A stretch of DNA of 64,000 nt, taken from positions 1,003-65,002 of the forward strand of contig CAWJRP010000018.1 of NCBI GenBank assembly GCA_963845295.1, given 5' to 3'. This stretch comes from Sulfurimonadaceae bacterium (GTDB lineage Bacteria > Campylobacterota > Campylobacteria > Campylobacterales > Sulfurimonadaceae). Numbering within the stretch: position 1 is the stretch's first letter; the number at the start of each line of letters is the position of its first letter. Under the pieces are notes generated by a model that made no database searches, was not told the origin of the DNA, and worked only from the letters and a program-made list of their open reading frames with translations. Shown piece by piece: positions 42,070 to 51,713 of the stretch. The translations under genes and the position numbers were made by a program.

Positions 42070-43698
42070 ATGATGAATAATGTCACGATAAAAACAAAAT
42101 TACTATTGGTCTCTTTGTTGGTTTCTTTGGCGTTGATATCTGTTGCTCTTGAATCGTTAATATCAACCAAAAGCGGATTGATGAATGCAAAAAAGACGAT
42201 GCTCACCACACAGATTGATACGGTCAGCTCGTTGTTGTCTTATTATGATGGTGAGGTAAAAGAGGGACGCATGAGCCTTGAGAGTGCTCAAGAGGCGGCT
42301 AAGGAGCATATTAAAGCTCTGCGATACGAGGGTAAAGAATATTTTTTTATTTTGAACGAGCAGGTTCAAGGGGTTATGCATCCGATCAAGCCGGCATTGG
42401 ATAATACCGATCTCTCCGATATCAAAGATCCGGAAGGCAAACACCTTTTTGTGGAGTTCGCAAGAGTAGCGAAAGAGGACAAAGAGGGATATGTCTCTTA
42501 TATGTGGCCGAAGCCTAATACGGAAATACCGTTGCCTAAATTGACGTTCATTCGGGCGTTTCCGCAGTGGGAATGGATTGTCGGAACGGGTGTTTATGTC
42601 GATGATGTTGATAATGAATTTTTGGATTTAGTCATTGTAAAAGGGATTTTGATTGCCCTGTTGGTCTTGCTTGTGGGAGGGTTGCTGTTTGCCATTGAAC
42701 GCTCAATCGGAAGCAAGCTTTCAACGATGCAAAATATGGCGGAAGAGCTTGCGGGCGGCAACGGCGATTTAACCAAACGTTTAGCGATAGCAGGATCAGA
42801 TGAACCGGCACAAACCGCTACATCGATAAACGCTTTTATCGGAGTTATTCAGACGATGGTCCAAAATGCCAAACGCTCTTCGGATGAAAATGCATCGGTA
42901 GCGACGGAGTTATCCAATACCTCTTTGGCGATCGGACGCCGCATGGAAGATGAATCAACCCAGATGGATGCTATTTATCGCAGTACCGAACAGATTATTT
43001 CATTGTTGGGCCGTTCCAAAGGTGAAAATGAGGTAACCTGTAAAGCGGTTGTATCGGCGAGTGAAACTCTCAAAGTATCACAAGATGAGCTCATAACGAT
43101 GATTGAAATGATTCATCACAGTGTAGAAGCAGAGGCGGAGTTTGCGGTTAAAATCCATGAATTGACCAACAATGCGCGTCAAATCCGAGAAGTGTTATCT
43201 GTAATCGGTGATATTGCCGATCAAACCAATCTTCTCGCACTCAATGCGGCGATCGAGGCGGCACGGGCAGGTGAACACGGTCGTGGATTTGCCGTTGTTG
43301 CCGATGAAGTACGTAAACTCGCCGAGCGAACACAGGGGAGTTTGACCCAGACGGATGCAACTATCTCGGTGATTGTCTCTTCGATTGAAGAAGCATCGAT
43401 ACAGATGGGACATAATGCTAAAAGTATTCAGATGGTTGGAGAGAAATCCAAGTTGGTCGGAGAGAAAATTGAGCACACTGCCCGTGTTGTAAACCAAACG
43501 AGTGAGGCAATAAAACAATTGGTTGCCGATGCCGATAGCAACACCAAAGAGGTTGAGGAAATTTCAAAAAGAATTTCGATGATGAACGATCTTACCCGTG
43601 AGAACGCACGGGGTGTGGAAGAAATCGCGACAACAGCCGAGCATCTTTATAAAGTAGCGGAAGGGCTTAATCAAAATCTCGGGCATTTTCAAGCCTGA
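42070..43698 (+). CDS. Methyl-accepting chemotaxis protein with single Cache domain
   Basis: YFFI, MHP and YMWPKP Cache motifs; HAMP; [34 protein letters not shown]. Confidence 0.95.
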   Translation: MMNNVTIKTKLLLVSLLVSLALISVALESLISTKSGLMNAKKTMLTTQIDTVSSLLSYYDGEVKEGRMSLESAQEAAKEHIKALRYEGKEYFFILNEQVQGVMHPIKPALDNTDLSDIKDPEGKHLFVEFARVAKEDKEGYVSYMWPKPNTEIPLPKLTFIRAFPQWEWIVGTGVYVDDVDNEFLDLVIVKGILIALLVLLVGGLLFAIERSIGSKLSTMQNMAEELAGGNGDLTKRLAIAGSDEPAQTATSINAFIGVIQTMVQNAKRSSDENASVATELSNTSLAIGRRMEDESTQMDAIYRSTEQIISLLGRSKGENEVTCKAVVSASETLKVSQDELITMIEMIHHSVEAEAEFAVKIHELTNNARQIREVLSVIGDIADQTNLLALNAAIEAARAGEHGRGFAVVADEVRKLAERTQGSLTQTDATISVIVSSIEEASIQMGHNAKSIQMVGEKSKLVGEKIEHTARVVNQTSEAIKQLVADADSNTKEVEEISKRISMMNDLTRENARGVEEIATTAEHLYKVAEGLNQNLGHFQA

Positions 43699-43709
43699 GA
43701 GGGAAATCT

Positions 43710-43961
43710 TTATCGGGGGTTAGTAACCTTATAGATAAAACTAAACACTTCAACAACGGCAACGTAGAGTTTTTCGGGGATCTCTTTATCGAGTTCCACT
43801 TTAGAGAGTAGCTCCACTAAATCTTCATCTTTTTTGATGGGGAGATTGTGGAGTTCAGCAATTTTAATAATATTTTCCGCACTTGAGCCTTTCCCTTTGG
43901 CGACAACGCGTGGAGCATCCTCTTTTTCTTTGTCATAACGCAGTGCTACTGCTTTTTTCAT
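43710..43961 (-). CDS. FlhB C-terminal-like protein (FlhX; EscU/YscU family)
   Basis: KAVALRYD...APRVVAKG...IPEKLYVAV. Confidence 0.9.
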   Translation of the reverse strand: MKKAVALRYDKEKEDAPRVVAKGKGSSAENIIKIAELHNLPIKKDEDLVELLSKVELDKEIPEKLYVAVVEVFSFIYKVTNPR

Positions 43962-45505
43962 ACTTTGACCTCAAATCCCATATCTGAACCCTCAGCCGTG
44001 TTATAAGTCTCATTCAGCGGGGTTTTCGTCTCATTGGTCTCAAAAACTCGGATGGAACGGGGGGTAAGACCTGCTTTAATCAGGAGTGAACGAAGCTCGG
44101 CAATATTCTCCTGGATCAGGGTTTTTAGCTCAGGTTTTTCAGTGTGGGCTTGAATTTCAAGCTGATTTCCATCATACAGCGCCATCATGAGATCAAGCTC
44201 TCCGTACTCTTTAAGTACAAGATTAATTTCACAGTAGAACTTTTTATCTTTTGTTTTTTTAAACGATAACGACCCCTCTTGAAGCTGATCCCAGACAAAA
44301 GGGAAATAGATAGAGGTGGAAGACCCCAAATGGGAGATAAGCTGATGATAATCGATTTGGGTGAGAAGTTTATCGGTCTGCTCTAATAGCTTCGGAGCAT
44401 TGGGGTCATTTGATTGGGTGAGCTCATCGTGTAATGAGAGGAGATTGGATTTCAAGTCACTTGCCATCGACTCTTTGAGAAAGCTCTCGATTACAAGCTC
44501 TTTAGGATTGGTAAATTCGGAGAGTTTGGTAAGAAGTGGGGTCAGCTCTTTGGTCGTATCTCCCTCAGTAACGGCATTTTTAAGCTGTTGCGTAAATAAT
44601 TTTAGCTCTTCGGTCGGGACAGTATTAATAGTTTTGAGCAGTTTTTCGATCGAATCAAGGAGGGAGTTCGTATCGGGAGCTTTGCTGGAGAGAAGGGTGC
44701 CGTAAAGTTGTGAAAGGGTACTTTTGATCTCTGAAGTGAGATTTTGCTGATCGAGTTTTTGGGTGAGCATGGCAACCTCTTTAGAGTAAAGAGGGTCACT
44801 TTTTGAAAGGAGTGTCTGGAGTGTAACGGCTATTTTTTTGATCCCATCCGTGAGTTGGAGTGCACTTTGCGGATGGTGGATCGTTTCTGATAGGATAGGG
44901 CTCTGCAACAGTGTCTTGATCTGAGTTTGGAAAGTTTTTGTGTCACTTTGCGGATGGTGGATCGCTTCTGATAGGATAGGATTCTGCAACAGTGTCTTGA
45001 TCTGAGTTTGTAAAGCTTTTGCGTCACTTTGTGGTATTTTAGTCAGAGCAGCAGAGAGTTGTTCAAGAGAGTGAGCAAGATCGGGAATCTTATTCAGTGC
45101 TGCGGCAAATTTGGACTCCATAAATACACCGCTGGAAGCAATTTGGCTTTTGAGGTTCTGGGGATCAAGTGAAGTTATATTTTTGAGAAAGTTTTCCAGT
45201 ACAGCCGTTTTCGGAGCTGAATCAGAGGAAGATTTAAGCTCTTTTAGAAGCGATTGGAGCGAGTCGGTAAAACTTCCCATATTTTTAAATGAAGAAGAGT
45301 TTTTCAGCAGATCAAGAAGGGTTTGATCCGATTTCGAAGCAGTTATTTTATCCTGAAAGACCGAGATAAGAAGCGATTTTATATCTTTTCCCTCTTTGAG
45401 GGTTTCGAGTTGCTCGGGGGTCGCATTTTTGATCGCTTCACTGAGAGCTTTATTGGTATTGGGGAGGATGATGTTCAGTCGTGCTTCAGGGGATAAGTGT
45501 ATCAT
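43958..45505 (-). CDS. Flagellar hook-length control protein FliK-like
   Basis: ILPNTNKAL, SGVFMES and a FliK-type C-terminal domain; adjacent to the FlhB-like gene. Confidence 0.7.
   Translation of the reverse strand: MIHLSPEARLNIILPNTNKALSEAIKNATPEQLETLKEGKDIKSLLISVFQDKITASKSDQTLLDLLKNSSSFKNMGSFTDSLQSLLKELKSSSDSAPKTAVLENFLKNITSLDPQNLKSQIASSGVFMESKFAAALNKIPDLAHSLEQLSAALTKIPQSDAKALQTQIKTLLQNPILSEAIHHPQSDTKTFQTQIKTLLQSPILSETIHHPQSALQLTDGIKKIAVTLQTLLSKSDPLYSKEVAMLTQKLDQQNLTSEIKSTLSQLYGTLLSSKAPDTNSLLDSIEKLLKTINTVPTEELKLFTQQLKNAVTEGDTTKELTPLLTKLSEFTNPKELVIESFLKESMASDLKSNLLSLHDELTQSNDPNAPKLLEQTDKLLTQIDYHQLISHLGSSTSIYFPFVWDQLQEGSLSFKKTKDKKFYCEINLVLKEYGELDLMMALYDGNQLEIQAHTEKPELKTLIQENIAELRSLLIKAGLTPRSIRVFETNETKTPLNETYNTAEGSDMGFEVKV
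44863..45034. repeat. In-frame 81-bp tandem duplication (about 2.1 copies) within the fliK-like gene
   Basis: CACTTTG(C/T)GG recurs at 44863, 44944 and 45025; the protein has PQSDxKxxQTQIKTLLQxPILSExIHH twice. Confidence 0.9.
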
Positions 45506-45605
45506 AGGGAAAATAGTAACACAAATTTTGATTTTATTAATTTTGTATTTATAAACCAATATCATGTGCTATAATAATTATAGAGGATATAAATAAGGAA
45601 ATGTA

Positions 45606-46415
45606 ATGCGGTATATTATAATTTTATTTATTAATGGACTCTTTTTTACCGCTTTGTATGCAAAAGCACTAACATTCGGTATCGTTCCTCAGCAAGCTCC
45701 AATGGAACTCATTAAAGAGTGGCAACCGGTAATAACTTATCTCGAAAATGCTACGGGAGAAAAAGTGGTTCTCAAGATTGAACGCTCTATACCTGAGTTT
45801 GAAAAAGTACTTTACAGCGGCGGATATGATATAGCTTATATGAATCCATACCATTATGTTAATGCACATAAACGGCAGGGGTATGTAGCTGCTATTCGTG
45901 ATGAGAAAAATATTGTCGGTATTTTGGTTACTAATAAAAACAGTGCTCTCACTGATCCTTCAATGCTTAAAGGAAAATCATTCCTTTTCCCCGCCCCTGA
46001 TGCATTTGCCGCAACATTATTAACGAAATATGAGTTATTGAAAAAATACGGGATAAACATTAATAAAGAGAAAAATTATCGTTACGTTAACTCCCATGAT
46101 TCTGTTTATAAGGGGGTGGCACGGGGTATAGGTGATGTCGGAGGCGGAATTGAAAGAACCCTCAATACTTTGGAGGACAAAGAGACCAAAGATTCTCTAT
46201 CTATAATCTATAAAACCAAAAGCTATCCCAGCCATCCGTTTGCATTTAACCCCTCACTCTCAGCGTCATTAAAAACAAAAATTACCAATGCTATTTTGGC
46301 AACTCCTGAACCGTTGCTCACCACGCTAAAGATAAAGCATCTTGTTTCCATACAAGATGCAGAATATGATGGTGTACGTGATATCGCAGTTGTCTTTCCT
46401 TCGACGCAAGAATAA
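45606..46415 (+). CDS. Phosphate/phosphonate-type substrate-binding protein (PhnD-like)
   Basis: LTFGIVPQQ, DIAYMNPYHY, SHDSV and YPSHPF. Confidence 0.85.
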   Translation: MRYIIILFINGLFFTALYAKALTFGIVPQQAPMELIKEWQPVITYLENATGEKVVLKIERSIPEFEKVLYSGGYDIAYMNPYHYVNAHKRQGYVAAIRDEKNIVGILVTNKNSALTDPSMLKGKSFLFPAPDAFAATLLTKYELLKKYGININKEKNYRYVNSHDSVYKGVARGIGDVGGGIERTLNTLEDKETKDSLSIIYKTKSYPSHPFAFNPSLSASLKTKITNAILATPEPLLTTLKIKHLVSIQDAEYDGVRDIAVVFPSTQE

Positions 46416-46418
46416 ACT

Positions 46419-49343
46419 ATGAAGTTATCATTTCGGTATCGATTTATACTTTCTTTTTTAACTATTGAGATACTTTTCATCTCATTGATAGTTTTTTTTA
46501 ATTTTACCTCTCTCTCAAAACTTTCGCACTCATTGATAGAAGAAAAAATAGAGACCGGAACAGCACTTTTTAGCGAGATGGTTAAAACACCGTTGATTAT
46601 CTATGATTTGGCAACACTTGATAATCAATCGAAAAGTTTCGTCCATTTAAAAAATATTGCTGCTGTAAAAGTGTTTGACAAAGAGGAACATCTTTTAAGC
46701 AGTTCAAGAGCAGATTCGAATATAAATATCGATGATTTTTCTACGCTGTCGAATGATATACAATTCGGCAACAGAACATTTAGATTAAAAAACATTCCGA
46801 TTTTAATGAAAAATGATCCGATCGGACATGTGAAGATTTTGTTTGAAATTACAGACAGTTTAAAGATTATTGATGAAAATCGAAGATTGACTTTTTTATT
46901 GATTCTTATTGAGATTAGCATTAGCACCGTTATCGCATATTTGATCGGGCATAAGCTTACATTGGCGTTAAATGAACTGACATTATATGCTGCTCGAATT
47001 GCCCAAGATGAACAAGCGGATGGCCAAAATTCGGAAAATAATGGAGATGAAATATCGGTTCTTTCTGAAACATTGTATATGATGCAAGCACGTATTGCGG
47101 AGCGGAATGCAAAATTAAATGAAGCGGTAATAAGACTCAAAGAAGACATAATTCAGCGTAATGAGTTGGAGAGCAAGCTGATTTTTGAAAAAAGTATTAA
47201 TAGAACACTGGTTGAAAGCGCAAATGCTATTATTGCGGTCATTGACCGTAATGGAATTATGATTAATATCAATCCATACGGGGAATATTTTACCGGATAT
47301 ACTCAGGCAGAGATCGCATCTGAACCTTATTTCTGGGCGAGATTTTTGCAACCCTATATGTCTGATAAAGTCGTCGGTATTATTGAAAATGCGCGAGAGG
47401 GCAATATCACCCAAAGTTTTCAAAACGAATGGTTAACCAAAGAGGGAAATGCCAGAATGTTTGAGTGGTCTAATGCTCTGGTATTAGATGAGAATAGAGC
47501 AATGCAGTATGTCACCACCATCGGGATTGATATTACAGAACAAAAAGAGCGCCAGTTGGAGCTTGAAAAAGCCAAAGAGGCGGCTGAAGCAGCAGTAAAA
47601 GCGAAATCCGATTTTTTAGCCAATATGTCTCATGAAATACGAACACCGCTTAATGGTATTATTGGATTAACCGAATTGGTTCTAAAAACCGATTTAGAAC
47701 TGAAACAGAGAGATTTCCTCGAAAAATCAAACCTCTCTTCCCATGCTTTGCTGGACGTAATCAATGATATCCTTGATTATTCCAAAATTGAAGCGGGAAA
47801 ATTTGATTTAGAAAACAAACCGTTTGAACTCAATAGTGTTCTTGAGAGCATTATGAGTCTTTTTGAATTTCAGGCAGTTCAAAAAGGGCTGGTATTGACG
47901 TTGGATGTCAGTTTAAACGAGAGTGTGATGATCGGTGATGCCCTGCGTTTGACACAGATTTTGACCAATTTGGTCGGGAATGCGATCAAATTTACGCAAT
48001 CAGGAACGATCACAATCCATGTCCTTGGAACTAACGAAGACGATGATTATATGTATGTTCAGTTTAGCGTTGAAGATACGGGTATCGGAATGAGCAAAGA
48101 AGCAGAAGATAAAATTTTTCAAGAGTTTTCTCAAGCCGATACTTCGATTACGCGTCAATACGGGGGGACAGGACTGGGACTCGCCATCTCAAAACAGCTG
48201 GTTCATATGATGGGCGGCAACATCTGGGTTCAAAGTAAAGAGGGGAAAGGAAGTAGATTTTTCTTTACAGCGGTATTTGGTAGGATGAAATCTGTTTTAG
48301 CCCGAACGGAAGTTCAAAAAATAGTGATGGATCAAGAAAAGTTGAATGCAATCAGTGGTGCTCGTATTCTAGTGGTTGAAGATAATGCTATCAATCAGAT
48401 TGTTGTAGCGGAGTTATTGGAAGAGGTAGGGATGATTGTCGATATCGCTTGCAACGGGAAAGAAGCGGTTGAACGTGTCCAAAGTGAATTATATGATTTG
48501 ATACTGATGGACTTGCAGATGCCGGTAATGGATGGATTCGAAGCGACAAAAGAAATACGCGAGATTCACGAATATAAAGAGGTTCCTATTATCGCTTTGA
48601 GTGCTGCAGTGATGCAAAAGGATAAGGAACTAACATCAGAGGTGGGTATGAATGCCCATTTGAACAAACCTATCGATAAGGATACATTGATGGAGACATT
48701 AGTTCAGTGGATCCATCCATTATCAGTAGAAAAATTGAATCTAAAAGAAGAAAAACGTAGTTCTACAGGAGAGATCGAGGGGACGATTGAGGGGATCGAA
48801 ATGGAAGAATTGATCGATCGTATTGGAAATGATGCTGAAAAAATGAAACGTTACATGCTTTACTTTTGCGATGAATATGAGATATTACAATCCAAGTTAA
48901 ATTCTGTAGAGATTGGGACAGAGCCTTTTACCTATCTAATTCATACTCTCAAAGGGATCAGCGGCAACCTTTCAATGGTTCGCGTTCATGATCTCGCCGG
49001 CAGGATCGAATCCGAAAACGATAAAAATACGATAATTTCTCTTATTCCCGAACTTATGAACTCTGTTAATGAGGTAATCAAGGCAATACATGCATATTAT
49101 GATCAGCATGTCTCTAATCCTTCTGATAAAACGTATACGAGGGAAGAGAGTGCAATTGTTTTAGATGCCCTAATAAGAGATCTAAAGCAATCCTTGATGA
49201 TAGGATCAGAGAGAATTACTTTGCTTGAGCATATGTTAAATACTTTATGTGATGACGAATTGCGTCAAAAAATAGTAAAGTCTATTCAAGCGTATGATTA
49301 TGATGAAGCAGTAAATTTACTTCAAAAAATAGTAGATTTATGA
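46419..49343 (+). CDS. Hybrid sensor histidine kinase (HAMP-PAS-HisKA-HATPase-REC-HPt)
   Basis: FLANMSHEIRTPL, NLVGNAIKFT, DTGIG, GGTGLG, MDLQMP and HTLKG. Confidence 0.95.
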   Translation: MKLSFRYRFILSFLTIEILFISLIVFFNFTSLSKLSHSLIEEKIETGTALFSEMVKTPLIIYDLATLDNQSKSFVHLKNIAAVKVFDKEEHLLSSSRADSNINIDDFSTLSNDIQFGNRTFRLKNIPILMKNDPIGHVKILFEITDSLKIIDENRRLTFLLILIEISISTVIAYLIGHKLTLALNELTLYAARIAQDEQADGQNSENNGDEISVLSETLYMMQARIAERNAKLNEAVIRLKEDIIQRNELESKLIFEKSINRTLVESANAIIAVIDRNGIMININPYGEYFTGYTQAEIASEPYFWARFLQPYMSDKVVGIIENAREGNITQSFQNEWLTKEGNARMFEWSNALVLDENRAMQYVTTIGIDITEQKERQLELEKAKEAAEAAVKAKSDFLANMSHEIRTPLNGIIGLTELVLKTDLELKQRDFLEKSNLSSHALLDVINDILDYSKIEAGKFDLENKPFELNSVLESIMSLFEFQAVQKGLVLTLDVSLNESVMIGDALRLTQILTNLVGNAIKFTQSGTITIHVLGTNEDDDYMYVQFSVEDTGIGMSKEAEDKIFQEFSQADTSITRQYGGTGLGLAISKQLVHMMGGNIWVQSKEGKGSRFFFTAVFGRMKSVLARTEVQKIVMDQEKLNAISGARILVVEDNAINQIVVAELLEEVGMIVDIACNGKEAVERVQSELYDLILMDLQMPVMDGFEATKEIREIHEYKEVPIIALSAAVMQKDKELTSEVGMNAHLNKPIDKDTLMETLVQWIHPLSVEKLNLKEEKRSSTGEIEGTIEGIEMEELIDRIGNDAEKMKRYMLYFCDEYEILQSKLNSVEIGTEPFTYLIHTLKGISGNLSMVRVHDLAGRIESENDKNTIISLIPELMNSVNEVIKAIHAYYDQHVSNPSDKTYTREESAIVLDALIRDLKQSLMIGSERITLLEHMLNTLCDDELRQKIVKSIQAYDYDEAVNLLQKIVDL

Positions 49344-49397
49344 TGAAAGTTGACACACGCAATCTTGGACACTCTCGTGACGTATATTTGAATCATA

Positions 49398-50138
49398 TTA
49401 CTTTTTGGTTGCCGTAATAAAGATGAGATGATCGACAATATCGATTGTATCTCCGTGATACTCACTATCGATCTCTTTTATCCCCTCTTCGATCTCTTCG
49501 TCGCTGAATACCCCTAAATCTGACATAAAACGGTGACGAAGCATGGCATACCAATCTTCTTTCGGTAGAGTAAAAGTGTGGCTGCGCTGACGGGTTGTAA
49601 TGTCAAACCCGCCTCTGTGTAGTTCGGATTCAAGCAGTTTTTTGGAAGGTTGATTTTGTGAGAAGACCTCTTTCGCTGATCTAAAAAATGGAAAAGCAAT
49701 ATTTTGAGGACGGGTTATAATGAGAAGTTTTCCACTTTGCGGGAATGTAGGGTACAGAGTTTCCCAAAAATCTTCTCGATCAGGTATATGGTGGATAACC
49801 TCTTTAAACAGCATTTTTGAAAATGGAATATTGGAGGCTAAAAATGCATGAGCATCGGAACAAATGGCTGTGATATTACTCAGTTTGGATGCCTCTTCAC
49901 ACATAGCCCAAGAGGGCTCGATACAGTAGGCTTTTAACAGCTCTGCCTCGCGTGATATTTGACTGGTAAAACTCCCTGTTCCCCCTCCGATATCGGCAAG
50001 GATATCTTCATTTGAGAGGGACAAATCACGAATGATATGTGCAGTCACAAAATCTTTATACTCATCGGAAAAATACCAAATACGGTTGAAAACTTCGGCG
50101 ATGGAATCAAAATGGTTTGACTGAGCCATAAATATCAC
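49398..50138 (-). CDS. Class I SAM-dependent methyltransferase
   Basis: LADIGGGTG motif I, CIEPS and VIHHI. Confidence 0.85.
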   Translation of the reverse strand: MIFMAQSNHFDSIAEVFNRIWYFSDEYKDFVTAHIIRDLSLSNEDILADIGGGTGSFTSQISREAELLKAYCIEPSWAMCEEASKLSNITAICSDAHAFLASNIPFSKMLFKEVIHHIPDREDFWETLYPTFPQSGKLLIITRPQNIAFPFFRSAKEVFSQNQPSKKLLESELHRGGFDITTRQRSHTFTLPKEDWYAMLRHRFMSDLGVFSDEEIEEGIKEIDSEYHGDTIDIVDHLIFITATKK

Positions 50139-50194
50139 TTATATCTATTTTTACGTTTATTTTAACACAAATTACCCTTATCCAGTTGCATCTG

Positions 50195-50203
50195 TGCTAT
50201 AAT
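50195..50203 (+). promoter_or_regulatory. Extended -10 promoter (TGcTATAAT) of the DEAD-box helicase gene
   Basis: Consensus TGnTATAAT about 140 nt upstream of ATG 50344. Confidence 0.6.
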
Positions 50204-50343
50204 TCGGACAATGATTTGCGCCTACGGTTGGCGCATTTGCGAACTTGCCTTTAACTGCACTTTCACCCCTAATTTTTTCCCCTTGCCTAAAACCGTCCTG
50301 AGTTGCGACTTTGGTTGGGCCGAACCACCAAAGGACTTCCTTA

Positions 50344-51642
50344 ATGACATTTACAGATTTAAACCTACATGAGTCGTTGCTTAAAGCAATTCAAGATCAA
50401 GGCTATACAACCCCGACACCGGTTCAAGCTCAAGCGATCCCTTTTATCTTAGAGGGGCGCGATATGCTCGCAGGAGCACAGACCGGAACGGGTAAAACCG
50501 CCGGATTTACATTGCCGTTACTTCAAATTTTGAGTGAGCAAAAGACACCCAAAAATCATCGTAAGATTCGAGCCCTTATCCTCACTCCGACACGTGAACT
50601 TGCGGCACAGGTAGGGGAGAGTGTTAAACTATACGGCAAATATCTCCCACTCAAAAGTGCCGTTATCTTCGGTGGTGTCGGTATCAACCCGCAGATCACC
50701 ATGCTCCGTAACGGTATTGATATCCTTATTGCCACTCCGGGACGTCTGTTGGATCATGTAGGGCAGGGGACAGTCGATCTTAGCGGTGTTGAAGTTTTTG
50801 TCCTTGACGAAGCCGATCGAATGCTCGATATGGGATTTATTCGCGATATCCGACGTGTTATTACGATCTTGCCTAAAACGCGCCAAAATCTTATGTTCTC
50901 TGCTACCTATTCGGATGAGATTAAAACACTTGCCAACACGTTGCTCCGAAATCCGGCCGAAGTGGAAGTAGCCCGTCGTAATACCTCAAGTGAACTGGTA
51001 AAACAAAGCGTTATTCTGGTTGATTGCAAACGTAAAAGTGCCCTTTTGGGGGAACTCGTTACTAAAAACAAATGGGAGCAGGTGCTTGTCTTCACCCGTA
51101 CCAAACACGGAGCCAACAAACTCACCGAATATTTTCAAAAAATCGGTATTACCGCTGCGGCTATCCATGGAAATAAAAGCCAGGCAGCCCGTACTAAAGC
51201 ACTTGATGATTTCAAAAAAAGTACCGTGAGAGTTTTGGTAGCCACCGATATCGCCGCACGCGGTATCGACATCGATGCTTTGCCTCATGTGGTCAATTTC
51301 GAGCTCCCTAACATCGCGGAGGACTATGTTCACCGTATCGGTCGTACGGGACGTGCGGGATGTGAGGGAGAAGCTCTTTCATTGGTATGTGTCGATGAAG
51401 CCGATTACTTACGAGGGATCGAAAAACTGATCAATAAAAAACTGGATAGTCGTATTGTCGAAGGGTATGAACCGGATCCCTCTATCAAAGCTGAGCCGAT
51501 TCAACGTGGTCGCGGCGGTGCGGGCGGCGGCGGAAATCGAGGTGGCAATAGCGGCGGCGGAGAGCGGGGAAGCAAGCCGACACAAAAACGTGACGGAGCT
51601 CGCCATGAACCGAAGCGCCGCGATAATGATCGCCGACGCTAA
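50344..51642 (+). CDS. DEAD-box RNA helicase (RhlE-like)
   Basis: [28 protein letters not shown] and [10 protein letters not shown]; Gly/Arg-rich tail. Confidence 0.95.
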   Translation: MTFTDLNLHESLLKAIQDQGYTTPTPVQAQAIPFILEGRDMLAGAQTGTGKTAGFTLPLLQILSEQKTPKNHRKIRALILTPTRELAAQVGESVKLYGKYLPLKSAVIFGGVGINPQITMLRNGIDILIATPGRLLDHVGQGTVDLSGVEVFVLDEADRMLDMGFIRDIRRVITILPKTRQNLMFSATYSDEIKTLANTLLRNPAEVEVARRNTSSELVKQSVILVDCKRKSALLGELVTKNKWEQVLVFTRTKHGANKLTEYFQKIGITAAAIHGNKSQAARTKALDDFKKSTVRVLVATDIAARGIDIDALPHVVNFELPNIAEDYVHRIGRTGRAGCEGEALSLVCVDEADYLRGIEKLINKKLDSRIVEGYEPDPSIKAEPIQRGRGGAGGGGNRGGNSGGGERGSKPTQKRDGARHEPKRRDNDRRR

Positions 51643-51713
51643 TCAGATTTTTTTCGTAAGGAAAACTTTTATCATTAGCATAGTACAATAAATAAATTAG
51701 TTGTCAGTGGTAA

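Noticed and set aside
51505-51570. Local GC-rich GGC run in the AT-rich segment
   Set aside because: Encodes the ordinary Gly/Arg-rich tail of the DEAD-box helicase.
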